A DNA stretch of 64,000 bases from an uncultured Candidatus Saccharibacteria bacterium (GTDB lineage: Bacteria > Patescibacteriota > Doudnabacteria > UBA920). Every line of letters begins with the position of its first letter. The stretch's first letter is position 1. The notes beneath the pieces are model-generated. The model was not told the DNA's origin and made no database searches. It saw nothing but the letters and a program-made list of their open reading frames with translations. Where the stretch lies: assembly GCA_964436545.1 (NCBI GenBank), contig CAYTCJ010000006.1:4729-68728 (forward strand), in the 5' to 3' direction. Shown here piece by piece: positions 20,247 to 29,416 of this stretch. The position numbers were made by a program, and so were the translations under genes.

Positions 20247-20654
20247 TTAAAACCCAAAAGTACTTCCACTACCGGAAACGGTGTTTACCACGACATTAAT
20301 AATTACATAAGACATAATAATAACTACCACTCCAATTACCGCGTTAATTAAGGTAGTTTTACCTTTCTCGCTTTGTTCTTCGTTACCCGCCGCGGTGATG
20401 TATTGGTAACCGCCTAAAATTACAAAAAATACTGCCAAAGCTCCGGCAATAAACAAGAGTAAACTAATTACCCTGTAAATTAAACCGCTGGGGCCGGTTA
20501 AAGTTTGGGCTCCGCTTAAACCTCCCACCGGAAATAACAACCTAATGCTATTTAACCCTCGGTTAACATCCCCTTGTGCTAAAGCCAAAAAAGGAAAGCC
20601 GGTTAATAACCCCAGTATGGATAACTTAAGGAAAAAAAATATTTTTTTTAGCAT
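20247..20654 (-). CDS. VirB2/TrbC-like pilin
   Basis: ALAQ cleavage site; GGYQYITAAGNEEQSEKGKTTLINAVIG. Confidence 0.82.
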   Translation of the reverse strand: MLKKIFFFLKLSILGLLTGFPFLALAQGDVNRGLNSIRLLFPVGGLSGAQTLTGPSGLIYRVISLLLFIAGALAVFFVILGGYQYITAAGNEEQSEKGKTTLINAVIGVVVIIMSYVIINVVVNTVSGSGSTFGF

Positions 20655-20779
20655 TGTTTTATTTTAAATAAAATATTCAAACCTCAATAGAAAATTTTGA
20701 CTTCAAAAAATTAAAAATTATATAATTTTAAATTTTCTATTAAGGTTTGACCCCCAAAAAATAGTGGGGGTCAAAAATA

Positions 20780-21193
20780 TTACGGACCGGCACCAGTACC
20801 GGCGCTAGAAACGAAATTGGAAACCACATTGACAATTACGTAAGATAAAATAATTATCACAATACCAATTAACGCGTTGACGGCTGTGCCTTTGCCTTTT
20901 TCCGCTGCTTCTTCGTTACCGGCAGAAGTAATGTATTGGAACCCGCCAATAATTAAGAACAAAACCGCTACGGCAAAAGCTATGCCCAATAGCCAATTAA
21001 TTACTGTTCTAATTAAAGAATTCACATTAGTTCCGGCGTTACAGTTAAGACCACTGGAAGGATCGCATTGTAGTCCTCGGTTTAACTGAGCGTCAGCCAC
21101 TAACAACGGAGCAAATAGTAGCAAACTTACCAAAGCGATTTGCGCTACGGATAACCAATTAATCTTTTTTAATGTTTGTATCACTTGTGTCAC
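20780..21193 (-). CDS. VirB2/TrbC-like pilin (candidate major pilin)
   Basis: ADAQ; GGFQYITSAGNEEAAEKGKGTAVNALIG; strong RBS and long flanking hairpins. Confidence 0.82.
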   Translation of the reverse strand: MTQVIQTLKKINWLSVAQIALVSLLLFAPLLVADAQLNRGLQCDPSSGLNCNAGTNVNSLIRTVINWLLGIAFAVAVLFLIIGGFQYITSAGNEEAAEKGKGTAVNALIGIVIIILSYVIVNVVSNFVSSAGTGAGP

Positions 21194-21439
21194 CCCCTCT
21201 CTTATGCCCTCTTATGTCCTTCTCTTCCCTTTCTCTTCCATTAAGAGTTAGGAAAGAGGGGGTAAGAAGACCAAAGAGTTTAATTTTAACTATTATACTA
21301 TATTTTTACTTTTTATGGAAATTAACTATGTTATACCATTCTCGCCTGCCTACGGTAGACAGGCGGAAGCGGAAATCCAGAACTAATCAGACATTCTTTC
21401 TTAAGAAACAGATGTTAATAGTGTATTTATTCTTTCTGT

Positions 21440-21988
21440 TTATCTCGGTGTTGACCTATTTTCCAAAGGAGGATTATTTACTGGTTCTGATTCTCCACCC
21501 TCACTCGGATTACTAGGGGCCTGCTTTGGAGTAGCCTGACCTTGATTAGGTTTACTCTTCCCAATACTCAAGGTATTGGCCACAATCCTTACCATTGCTC
21601 CGGCCAAAATAATTACTGCCAAACCTAACACCGCATTAACTAAAATCTTTTTGGCTTGTTCACTGGCCTCTTCTTGCCCGGCGGAAGTGACATATTTAAA
21701 TCCACCATAAGTAATGGTAATTAATGCCACGCTACCGGCCAAAGCCAAAAGTGCATTAATAATCCACAGTCCAATTTGTTGAACACTGCAAAACCTAGGC
21801 AAATCTTCCACAGCATTAATGGTGCCTTTTTCAGTTTTAATAGTAAACCATTTATAAAACTTATCGCACCGGCTTTCTTGTATGGTGGTTAAGCCTTCTT
21901 TTGGCTGAGCCAAAACCGGTTTAACCAAAAAGCCAAAAATTATAACTAAACTAAATAATCCAATCTTTAAAAAAAACTGTTTAGACAT
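21440..21988 (-). CDS. VirB2/TrbC-like pilin
   Basis: GGFKYVTSAGQEEASEQAKKILVNAVLG. Confidence 0.8.
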   Translation of the reverse strand: MSKQFFLKIGLFSLVIIFGFLVKPVLAQPKEGLTTIQESRCDKFYKWFTIKTEKGTINAVEDLPRFCSVQQIGLWIINALLALAGSVALITITYGGFKYVTSAGQEEASEQAKKILVNAVLGLAVIILAGAMVRIVANTLSIGKSKPNQGQATPKQAPSNPSEGGESEPVNNPPLENRSTPR

Positions 21989-23342
21989 GTTTATTGGGTT
22001 TAATAATATTTATTGCTTCAGGCTCAGGGATATTTGCCCCTAACAAATTTTGCACAATCGCAATTATACTAAAAGATAGCAAAGCCACCACCACACCCAA
22101 AACTGCCCAAGTAATGGTTTTTTTGGCTGCGGTAATGGCTTCCTCGTTTCCATTGGCAATGACCATTTTAAATCCGCCAATCATGACAAACACCACACCC
22201 CATAGCCCTACTACAGCCAAAAACCCCTTCGCAATACCTAAAAGCGTACCGGTTAAACTATCTGAAGGCAAAGGGTTAAATAAAGTTTCTTTTAAACTGG
22301 TATCTACTGTGCCAGCTCCCGCACCGGAATTACCCGCCCCTGTATTTGCACCCACATTACCCCCAGCCCCTGCACCGGTTCCTGTGCTACCCCCACCGCC
22401 TGACTTCAACCCCTCTATATTTACTTTAGCATTTCCTTCCGCATATTTAACGGTTATATTATTTTTATTTAAGACCACAACTTTTACATCATTGAGCCCA
22501 TTTTTAAAATAACCATTTTCTTCCACATTAATTTTTTGAATTTGTCTGTAAGCTAATTCAGCTTTTGTTTTTTCCATCGAACCAACTTCTCTGCTACCCA
22601 CATAAGTCTTAACTAATAAATTTGGGGATAAATTATTCGTATTTTCTAATTTTATACCAACTTCTACAATACTCAAATTTATATTTGAAGCTGTTTCAGC
22701 AGATACATCACCACGAGATCCAGTTGGATTTAAATTATTTAAATAGGCTGGCGGATAATAAGTAGAAGCATTGAAATCAATTTTTACATTCGTTACTCCT
22801 GATAAAATAGTGGGCCCTGATGTACCTGAAATATTAATATTTTCTGTTGCTGAAACTGTTAAAATATTACTTGAAACAATCCGCCCAGCCAAGGCATTGG
22901 TTCCCACAACCTTCACAAATACTGGAAATTGGTTTGAGTTCTCCAAATCACCAAAAATAAAATTACTTAAATTAAACTGAAAATTATCACTCGCCAATTC
23001 TTCACTGCGTGCTCCAGAAGAAGTAAATCTTGCAAAATTGTTAAATTCTCCATTTAGTCTTTTTTCTCCAGTCCCTGGGGTATTTACCATCCCGTATTGG
23101 CTTGGGGTGGCAACATTTTTTACTTTTACAAAATATTGTAAATAAACACCTTCTTTACATTCTGTTCCACTTCTACTAACTTGTGTAAATAATGAAATTG
23201 AGTCTGTGCTTGTAATATTTTTAGGTTGTGCTTGAAATCTTACTATATAATTACAAGACGCCTGTGCCACATTCAAAAACCCAAGTCCCACATACGAACT
23301 GAGTATAAACACCAAACAAACTATGGAAAAATATTTTTTCAT
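21981..23342 (-). CDS. Large extracellular-domain protein with Gly-rich linker and C-terminal pilin module
   Basis: Signal peptide, beta-rich N-terminus, GGGGSTGTGAGAGG linker, GGFKMVIANGNEEAITAAKKTITWAVLG. Confidence 0.75.
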   Translation of the reverse strand: MKKYFSIVCLVFILSSYVGLGFLNVAQASCNYIVRFQAQPKNITSTDSISLFTQVSRSGTECKEGVYLQYFVKVKNVATPSQYGMVNTPGTGEKRLNGEFNNFARFTSSGARSEELASDNFQFNLSNFIFGDLENSNQFPVFVKVVGTNALAGRIVSSNILTVSATENINISGTSGPTILSGVTNVKIDFNASTYYPPAYLNNLNPTGSRGDVSAETASNINLSIVEVGIKLENTNNLSPNLLVKTYVGSREVGSMEKTKAELAYRQIQKINVEENGYFKNGLNDVKVVVLNKNNITVKYAEGNAKVNIEGLKSGGGGSTGTGAGAGGNVGANTGAGNSGAGAGTVDTSLKETLFNPLPSDSLTGTLLGIAKGFLAVVGLWGVVFVMIGGFKMVIANGNEEAITAAKKTITWAVLGVVVALLSFSIIAIVQNLLGANIPEPEAINIIKPNKHV

Positions 23343-23346
23343 AAAC

Positions 23347-23832
23347 TTATAAGTCACACTTAGCGTGGTCTTTCGGATTGGAATGAATAATTAAATAATT
23401 TAACGGGTCGGTTAAATCTAACTTGCACTCTACTTCTTTACCATTTTCCAATTTTATTTTCTTGCCGGCTCCCCCGAGTAAAATATAATTGACTGCGGTA
23501 TTTACAAACATATAAGCAAATAAGACCATTACAAACCCCACGACTGCCTGACTAATTTGCTTTTTGTAATTAGTAATTTTTTCTTCATTTCCCATAGTTA
23601 CCACTAACCAAAAGCCAGCTCCAATAATTACGTATACCGCATAAATCCCTGCTAGTCCTATAAGTGTATTGGTAACTCTGGCCACCATCACAAAAATATC
23701 TTTTAACGTGCAGGCACTTTGCCCACTACCCCCGCAAGGCACCAACCCGCCTTTGGCTTGAGCCAAAACCAAATCCGGAAAAACCAAAAAGATTCCTATC
23801 ACCAAACTGAAAATTAAAATTTTTTGTTTCAT
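23347..23832 (-). CDS. VirB2/TrbC-like pilin
   Basis: GLVPCG..C, GFWLVVTMGNEEKITNYKKQISQAVVG. Confidence 0.8.
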   Translation of the reverse strand: MKQKILIFSLVIGIFLVFPDLVLAQAKGGLVPCGGSGQSACTLKDIFVMVARVTNTLIGLAGIYAVYVIIGAGFWLVVTMGNEEKITNYKKQISQAVVGFVMVLFAYMFVNTAVNYILLGGAGKKIKLENGKEVECKLDLTDPLNYLIIHSNPKDHAKCDL

Positions 23833-23922
23833 CTATATATTATTGCTAAATAATTATAGCATTTTTTCCCAACTTTAACACCTACTCCGCAATTTACCTG
23901 CCTTTTTAAAAAAATTACCGCC

Positions 23923-25221
23923 CTACTCTCTTACTAAAGTATTAATTTGCGCCTCAGCTTCATAAACCGCTTCGGTAAAATCTTTGCCTTTCAAATTTAC
24001 ATTGTCCAGCATATTCCCTACGATATTGTCATACTTAGCTTGCTCGGGGCGTTTAAAACTTCTGGCGGTTAAATTGGCTGTGGCAAAAACTCCCAAATCC
24101 ACATCTTGGGCTTGCAGTTCCACCAAATCTTTACGAGCAGATGGCACTTTATGGTTAGCGTAATATTTTTCCAAAGCATCTTTACTGGAAATAAACTTTA
24201 AAAAATCCCAAGCCGCCACTTTATTTTTACTCTGAATAGACACACCCTCTGCCCAATAATTGGCAAAATTGACGCTCGGCTCGTTTAAGTTAAATTGCGG
24301 GACAAAAGTCACATCAAATCTTAAATTGGGTGCTTTTTGCCTAAGGGTATCGGCTAAATAACTATATCCAAACACATACGCACTGCGACCATTTACAAAC
24401 GCATCTATGGAATAATCACTCCTGGCATTCCAAGTATAATTCTGACTTTTAGGATCGGCAAAAGAGCTGTAAAAATCCAAAGCCTCCACAGCCGGTTCTA
24501 AATTTTTATTATCTTTTTGAATATTTTGACCTAATTGCGCAAACCCCTCCTCATTACTCCCAATATTTTTAAAGCCTAATTGGAGCATAAATAAATAGTA
24601 AATATCCACGGCACGGTTAACATTCTTGGCTAACCCCAAAGCCACACCGCTATTCTGAAAATAACCTCGGCTATCTTGCTTGGTTAAAATTCTGGTGTGC
24701 TCAGCCAATTCCTGCCAACTTCTCGCCGGTACGGCAATCCCCGCACTGCCCAATAAATCTTTATTATAATAGAGAGCCAAAGAATCTACAGACAAGGGCA
24801 CGGCATACAGTTTATTTTTATTTACTAAATCTTCTTTGACTACCTCTACAAAATTATCATTAATATATTTCAGATTAATAACTTTTTCCGAAGCCGGTTC
24901 TAATTTGTCTATATACTTAGGCAACCACGTATTGTGAATGGAAAAAATATCCGGCCCCTTCCCCGAAGCTAAAGCGTTTAACAAATCGGTTTCGTAATTT
25001 TCTATATTCTTTTTTACGTAATTAATTTGCGCTCCGGGATGTTTGGCTATATACGCATCAATTAACGGCCTTATATTTTCGCTGTCTTCAAAAGTTTTCC
25101 AAATGGTTAAAGTCACCGGACCGGTGGGTCCGGCCGGATTACCATTCCCCCCACAACCCGCGGACACCAATACCAAGAGCCCGACTACCAACCATGTTTT
25201 GATTTTGCTTTTTATTTTCAT
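23923..25221 (-). CDS. Extracellular solute-binding lipoprotein
   Basis: Lipobox SAGC; LASGKGPDIF, ALYYNKDL, AAWDFLKF. Confidence 0.88.
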   Translation of the reverse strand: MKIKSKIKTWLVVGLLVLVSAGCGGNGNPAGPTGPVTLTIWKTFEDSENIRPLIDAYIAKHPGAQINYVKKNIENYETDLLNALASGKGPDIFSIHNTWLPKYIDKLEPASEKVINLKYINDNFVEVVKEDLVNKNKLYAVPLSVDSLALYYNKDLLGSAGIAVPARSWQELAEHTRILTKQDSRGYFQNSGVALGLAKNVNRAVDIYYLFMLQLGFKNIGSNEEGFAQLGQNIQKDNKNLEPAVEALDFYSSFADPKSQNYTWNARSDYSIDAFVNGRSAYVFGYSYLADTLRQKAPNLRFDVTFVPQFNLNEPSVNFANYWAEGVSIQSKNKVAAWDFLKFISSKDALEKYYANHKVPSARKDLVELQAQDVDLGVFATANLTARSFKRPEQAKYDNIVGNMLDNVNLKGKDFTEAVYEAEAQINTLVRE

Positions 25222-25326
25222 AAGTTTAAACTTAGTTTAAACACGGCTATTTTTTTCTTGCTAAAAATTGATTGTAAAAAAATTTGTTTAAATTATTTGG
25301 AAATTTAAGTTCGGTTTACCCCTTTA

Positions 25327-26199
25327 CTATAACTGGATATTTTTTAAATATTCCCCAAAGTCCTTTTTGAGCTCCTCGTGCATTAAGCCAAACTCCACAA
25401 CTGCTTTTAAATATTCCAGTTTATTGCCGGTATCGTAATATTTTCCTTTTTGAATTTCCACGGCATAGACATCTTGCTCTTTGGCTAATTGAGAAATTGC
25501 CTCCGGAAGCCAAATTTCCCCGCCTTTGCCCGGCTTAGCCTCGGCTAAAATGTCAAAAATTCGGGGGGTTAATATATATGCTCCATGGGTGGCTAAATCC
25601 GAGGGCGCCTCGTTTAACTGGGGTTTTTCTACAATCTGGTTAATTTTATAAATGCCCGTTTCCACATTTGTCACTTCCGCAATGCCGTATTTAGACACCT
25701 CGGTTTTGGGCACTCTTACAGCCGAAACATTTGGCACGCCATACTTTTCCCATACCTGAATCATTTGTTTTAATCTGGGCGGGTTAGAATAAATAAATTC
25801 ATCTCCCCACAAAACCGCAAACGGTTCATCGCCAATTACTCGCCGGGCATTTAATACCGGCGTACCGTTGCCATAAGTACCTTTTTGACGAACGTAAATA
25901 AAATTGGCCATATCTGCAATCTTCCTTACTGCTTCGGCCTGTTCTTCTTTCCCGGCTTCCAAGAGTCGCTTTTCCAATTCAAACGGATAATCAAAATGGT
26001 CTTCAATCGTGCGTTTATGCCAACCGGTCACAATAATAATATCTTCAATCCCCGAAGCCACTGCTTCTTCCACCACATACTGAATAATGGGTTTATCCAC
26101 TATGGGGAGCATTTCTTTGGGCATGGCTTTGGTCGCAGGTAAAAACCTGGTTCCAAACCCGGCTGCGGGAATAATGGCTTTTCTAATTTTTTGGCTCAT
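25327..26199 (-). CDS. galU: UTP-glucose-1-phosphate uridylyltransferase
   Basis: KAIIPAAGFGTRFLPATKAMPKEMLPIVDKP. Confidence 0.95.
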   Translation of the reverse strand: MSQKIRKAIIPAAGFGTRFLPATKAMPKEMLPIVDKPIIQYVVEEAVASGIEDIIIVTGWHKRTIEDHFDYPFELEKRLLEAGKEEQAEAVRKIADMANFIYVRQKGTYGNGTPVLNARRVIGDEPFAVLWGDEFIYSNPPRLKQMIQVWEKYGVPNVSAVRVPKTEVSKYGIAEVTNVETGIYKINQIVEKPQLNEAPSDLATHGAYILTPRIFDILAEAKPGKGGEIWLPEAISQLAKEQDVYAVEIQKGKYYDTGNKLEYLKAVVEFGLMHEELKKDFGEYLKNIQL

Positions 26200-26326
26200 A
26201 AAAATATTATAACAGAATTTTAAACTTTCTTAAATTGGTTAACTGTGATTTGGATATAGCTTATTTTCTCTTTCCCTGTTCTCTTAATCTCTATTGCACT
26301 AATTCTCTATTTCCCCGACTCTCTAT

Positions 26327-27832
26327 TTATTCTGCCTTAGGCCTATACTGAATGGCTTCGCTTAAATGCCTGGCGGTAATTTGCTCTACCCCGGCTAAAT
26401 CGGCAATGGTTTTCGCCACTTTTAAAATACGGTGCAAAGACCGTCCGGAAAAATTATAAATTTTAGAAGCTTGCTTAAGCATAGCCTCGCCTTCCGCATC
26501 TAATTTGCAAAAGACTTTTAATTCCAATAAATTCATTTCGCTGTTGGTTTTTGGGTTCCCAAATCTGACTTGTTGAATTTGTCTGGCGGTTTCCACTCGG
26601 TGCTTAATGTCCGCGGAAGTCTCCGCTCCGGTTTCGGAGGCGATTTTTTCATAAGGGAGCCGGGGCACTTCCACGTGTAAATCAATTCTATCCAACAAAG
26701 GTCCGGAAATTTTCTTTTGATATTTAAAAATTTGTCCGGGTAAGCATTGGCACTTCTTGCTCGCATCGCCATAATACCCACACGGACAAGGATTTTGAGC
26801 GGCCACTAAAGTAAATTTGGCGGGGAACGTCCAGCTACCACTGGCCCGCGCCACCGTGACTATGCCATCTTCCAAGGGTTGCCTTAAGGCTTCCAGCACA
26901 TTTCTGGGGAACTCGGGAAACTCATCTAAAAATAAAATCCCTCTGTGCGATAAAGTAATTTCTCCGGGTCTGGGGTTTGCACCCCCACCTACCAAAGCCA
27001 CATTGGAAGTCGTATGATGTGGACTTCTTACCGGCCGACTGGAAATAAAACTTTCTTTTAATTTTCCCGCAATGCTATAAATTTTGGTTAATTCTAAAAC
27101 TTCTTCCAGTTTTAAATCGGGCAGAATGCCGGCCATTGCTCTGGCTAATAAAGTTTTCCCGCTTCCCGGCGGACCGGATAATAACACATTGTGGCCACCG
27201 GCTGCTGCAATTTCCAAAGCCCGTTTCGCCAATTCTTGCCCGGCCACATCTTTCATGTCCAATATGCTCTGCGGATTTTTAAATAACTGGTCTTGGGACT
27301 GGGGCTTAAGCGGGGAAATCGGGTTTAGCATTAACAAATGCTCGACTAACTGTTTTAAATTTTTTACCGGAAAAATTTTTACTCCGGCCACCAACCCCGC
27401 TTCTTGCGCATTAGCTTCGGGAATGAATAATTCTGCAATCCCTTGCTTTTGGGCTTTAATTGCTACCGCCAAGACCCCCGGCACAGCTCTTAGTTGACCA
27501 TCTAAAGACAACTCCCCCAAAAATAATTTAGCTTGAGTGTCAAAACTTACTTGCTCATAAGCCAAGAGAATTGCCAAGGCAATAGGCAAATCAAAATGCG
27601 TGCCCAATTTAGGCAAATCTGCCGGTGCCAAATTTACCGAGACCCGAGTTACCGGATATTCAGCCCCGGAATTTTTTATGGCATTTTTCACTCTCTCCTT
27701 ACTTTCCTGAACTGCGGTGTCGGGCAAGCCGACAATAATCGTATTGGTTAAACCATTACTCACCCCGGCTTCCACTTCTATTATTTCCGCATCCAAACCC
27801 ACAATTGTCGCAGAGAAAATTTTTGCAATCAC
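26327..27832 (-). CDS. YifB/ComM family Mg-chelatase-like AAA ATPase
   Basis: NLAPADLPK, GPPGSGKT, LFLDEFPEF, NPCPCGY. Confidence 0.93.
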   Translation of the reverse strand: MIAKIFSATIVGLDAEIIEVEAGVSNGLTNTIIVGLPDTAVQESKERVKNAIKNSGAEYPVTRVSVNLAPADLPKLGTHFDLPIALAILLAYEQVSFDTQAKLFLGELSLDGQLRAVPGVLAVAIKAQKQGIAELFIPEANAQEAGLVAGVKIFPVKNLKQLVEHLLMLNPISPLKPQSQDQLFKNPQSILDMKDVAGQELAKRALEIAAAGGHNVLLSGPPGSGKTLLARAMAGILPDLKLEEVLELTKIYSIAGKLKESFISSRPVRSPHHTTSNVALVGGGANPRPGEITLSHRGILFLDEFPEFPRNVLEALRQPLEDGIVTVARASGSWTFPAKFTLVAAQNPCPCGYYGDASKKCQCLPGQIFKYQKKISGPLLDRIDLHVEVPRLPYEKIASETGAETSADIKHRVETARQIQQVRFGNPKTNSEMNLLELKVFCKLDAEGEAMLKQASKIYNFSGRSLHRILKVAKTIADLAGVEQITARHLSEAIQYRPKAE

Positions 27833-27884
27833 AAAATTAATTTACAAAAATGACAGAATTTAATAAATAACAAAAATAAAATAT

Positions 27885-28319
27885 TTATGTCGATTTTGTC
27901 ATTTCCGTCGTTTTTGTCATTAATGAATAAACTAACAAAATTAAAATTCCTAAAATAATGTATCCATCGGCTAAATTAAAAACCCCATTAAAAAGATAAA
28001 TCCAATCTCTAACATAACCCAAAAATAATCTTTCCCCTACGTTAGACAGTCCGCCGGCCAAAATCAAACCCCATGCAATTGTTTCGCCAATGCGAAACTT
28101 AAAATAATTTTGCAAGATATAAACCGTCATAACACTCATTACCAAAAAATAAATTACATACATTAAACTTGTCGGCACCGGCAAACTAAAAGCAAACTGA
28201 TAATTTTTAAACTGATCGGGTGTCCAATGTTTGGTAATTTGATCCAATAAAATTAAACTAAAAAAAACACCCAACCCAGTTAAAAAAACTTTGGGTTTAG
28301 GTATTTGATTATTTCTCAT
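27885..28319 (-). CDS. lspA: Signal peptidase II
   Basis: LDQITK, GGLSNVGER..GYVRDW..FNLAD. Confidence 0.85.
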   Translation of the reverse strand: MRNNQIPKPKVFLTGLGVFFSLILLDQITKHWTPDQFKNYQFAFSLPVPTSLMYVIYFLVMSVMTVYILQNYFKFRIGETIAWGLILAGGLSNVGERLFLGYVRDWIYLFNGVFNLADGYIILGILILLVYSLMTKTTEMTKST

Positions 28320-28391
28320 TAGAAATTAGAAATTACTTGTCCCCCAAAGCCTTGGCGAAGGGGGAGAAATTAGAAATTCATTTAGCCTTGG

Positions 28392-28709
28392 CTAAATGCT
28401 CCTATCTGCCCAAGGTAAAACTTCCAGTCTCTCTTTGGCAATTGGCTGTCCATCATCATCTGTGCCATAAGTTCCTTGCTCCATCTTTCGCAGTGCTTTA
28501 GCGATTTTTTCCAAATCTTGAGACACTTTGCTTTTTATGCTCAAATGTAATTCATCTTCTTCGGCTTCTTTGGCATTGTCATCATCCCGACTCCCCAGTT
28601 CGGTGTGTTCCGGTAACAACTCCAATTCCTGCGTTAATCGAGCTTGTTCACTTAACAAGTGAACTTTCATTTTTTCTAAAAATGTTTTGTCTAAATGTGT
28701 ATTTGTCAT
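28392..28709 (-). CDS. TraR/DksA-like regulator lacking the Cys zinc finger
   Basis: Coiled coil with DDNAKEAE; ALRKMEQGTYG...IAKERLEVLPWA; no Cys. Confidence 0.8.
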   Translation of the reverse strand: MTNTHLDKTFLEKMKVHLLSEQARLTQELELLPEHTELGSRDDDNAKEAEEDELHLSIKSKVSQDLEKIAKALRKMEQGTYGTDDDGQPIAKERLEVLPWADRSI

Positions 28710-28743
28710 AAAAATATTATATGCTTTTCTCTTATAAAATGCA

Positions 28744-29010
28744 AAAGCGCCCGGGTCACGGGCGTTCCAATAAAAAAATTATATGAACGGTGACACAGGG
28801 CGCTAAACCCGAAACCTCGGATCTTTCACCGCTCTACATTTTAAAGCTTAACTTTTAAGCGCTAAAACGTAGAGCAGTAAACGACACTTCACAGATTTCA
28901 GGCCTTCTCGATATAACATCGAGAGAAGCGTCTGAAGTCCAATCTGGTTTTCAAACAACACTCTAGGCTTTCCTTAAGGTCTTTCGACCATAAACATTAG
29001 TATTTTATTG
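28744..29010 (-). ncRNA. Candidate structured non-coding RNA ending in a terminator
   Basis: Several long stems with G-U pairs on the minus strand, a GAAA tetraloop hairpin, and terminal gcgcccg hairpin with U-tract. Confidence 0.4.
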
Positions 29011-29150
29011 TTTTGCTCCATAAATACTCAAAATGGAATTGATTTTTGTTTTTGTTTTTTCATACAGCTTTGGATTGGGCAAAGCTTTGACGGAAAGTCT
29101 AAAGGAAAAAATGGCTCAAACAAAGGCTTTTAAGCGAAATTTTCCCAAGG

Positions 29151-29415
29151 TGTGGATAACTATGAATTTTTAAGGTGCTTACTTCTTTAACTTGTATATT
29201 TATTATATTAGGTATTTTTATTCTTGTCAACTCTATTCCATAATTTAGGCTAAATATGCTTTATTTATGCGGTTTACCTCTGCTTGAATCTACAAAAACC
29301 TGTTTTTAAGTAATAATAATAAACTGTGGATAAGTCAACTATATTTTATTTAAACCCCTTATACTGCTTGCCCCGTAGCCTGCCAATTTATTGGCTGTGC
29401 TACTGGGGTGGATAA
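29151..29415. promoter_or_regulatory. DnaA-box cluster
   Basis: TGTGGATAA at 29151 and 29325; one-mismatch copy near 29407. Confidence 0.45.
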
Positions 29416-29416
29416 G

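Noticed and set aside
29070-29130. c-di-GMP-I riboswitch-like GGCAAA..GAAA hairpin
   Set aside because: It lacks the GACGCAAAG junction and a convincing second stem.
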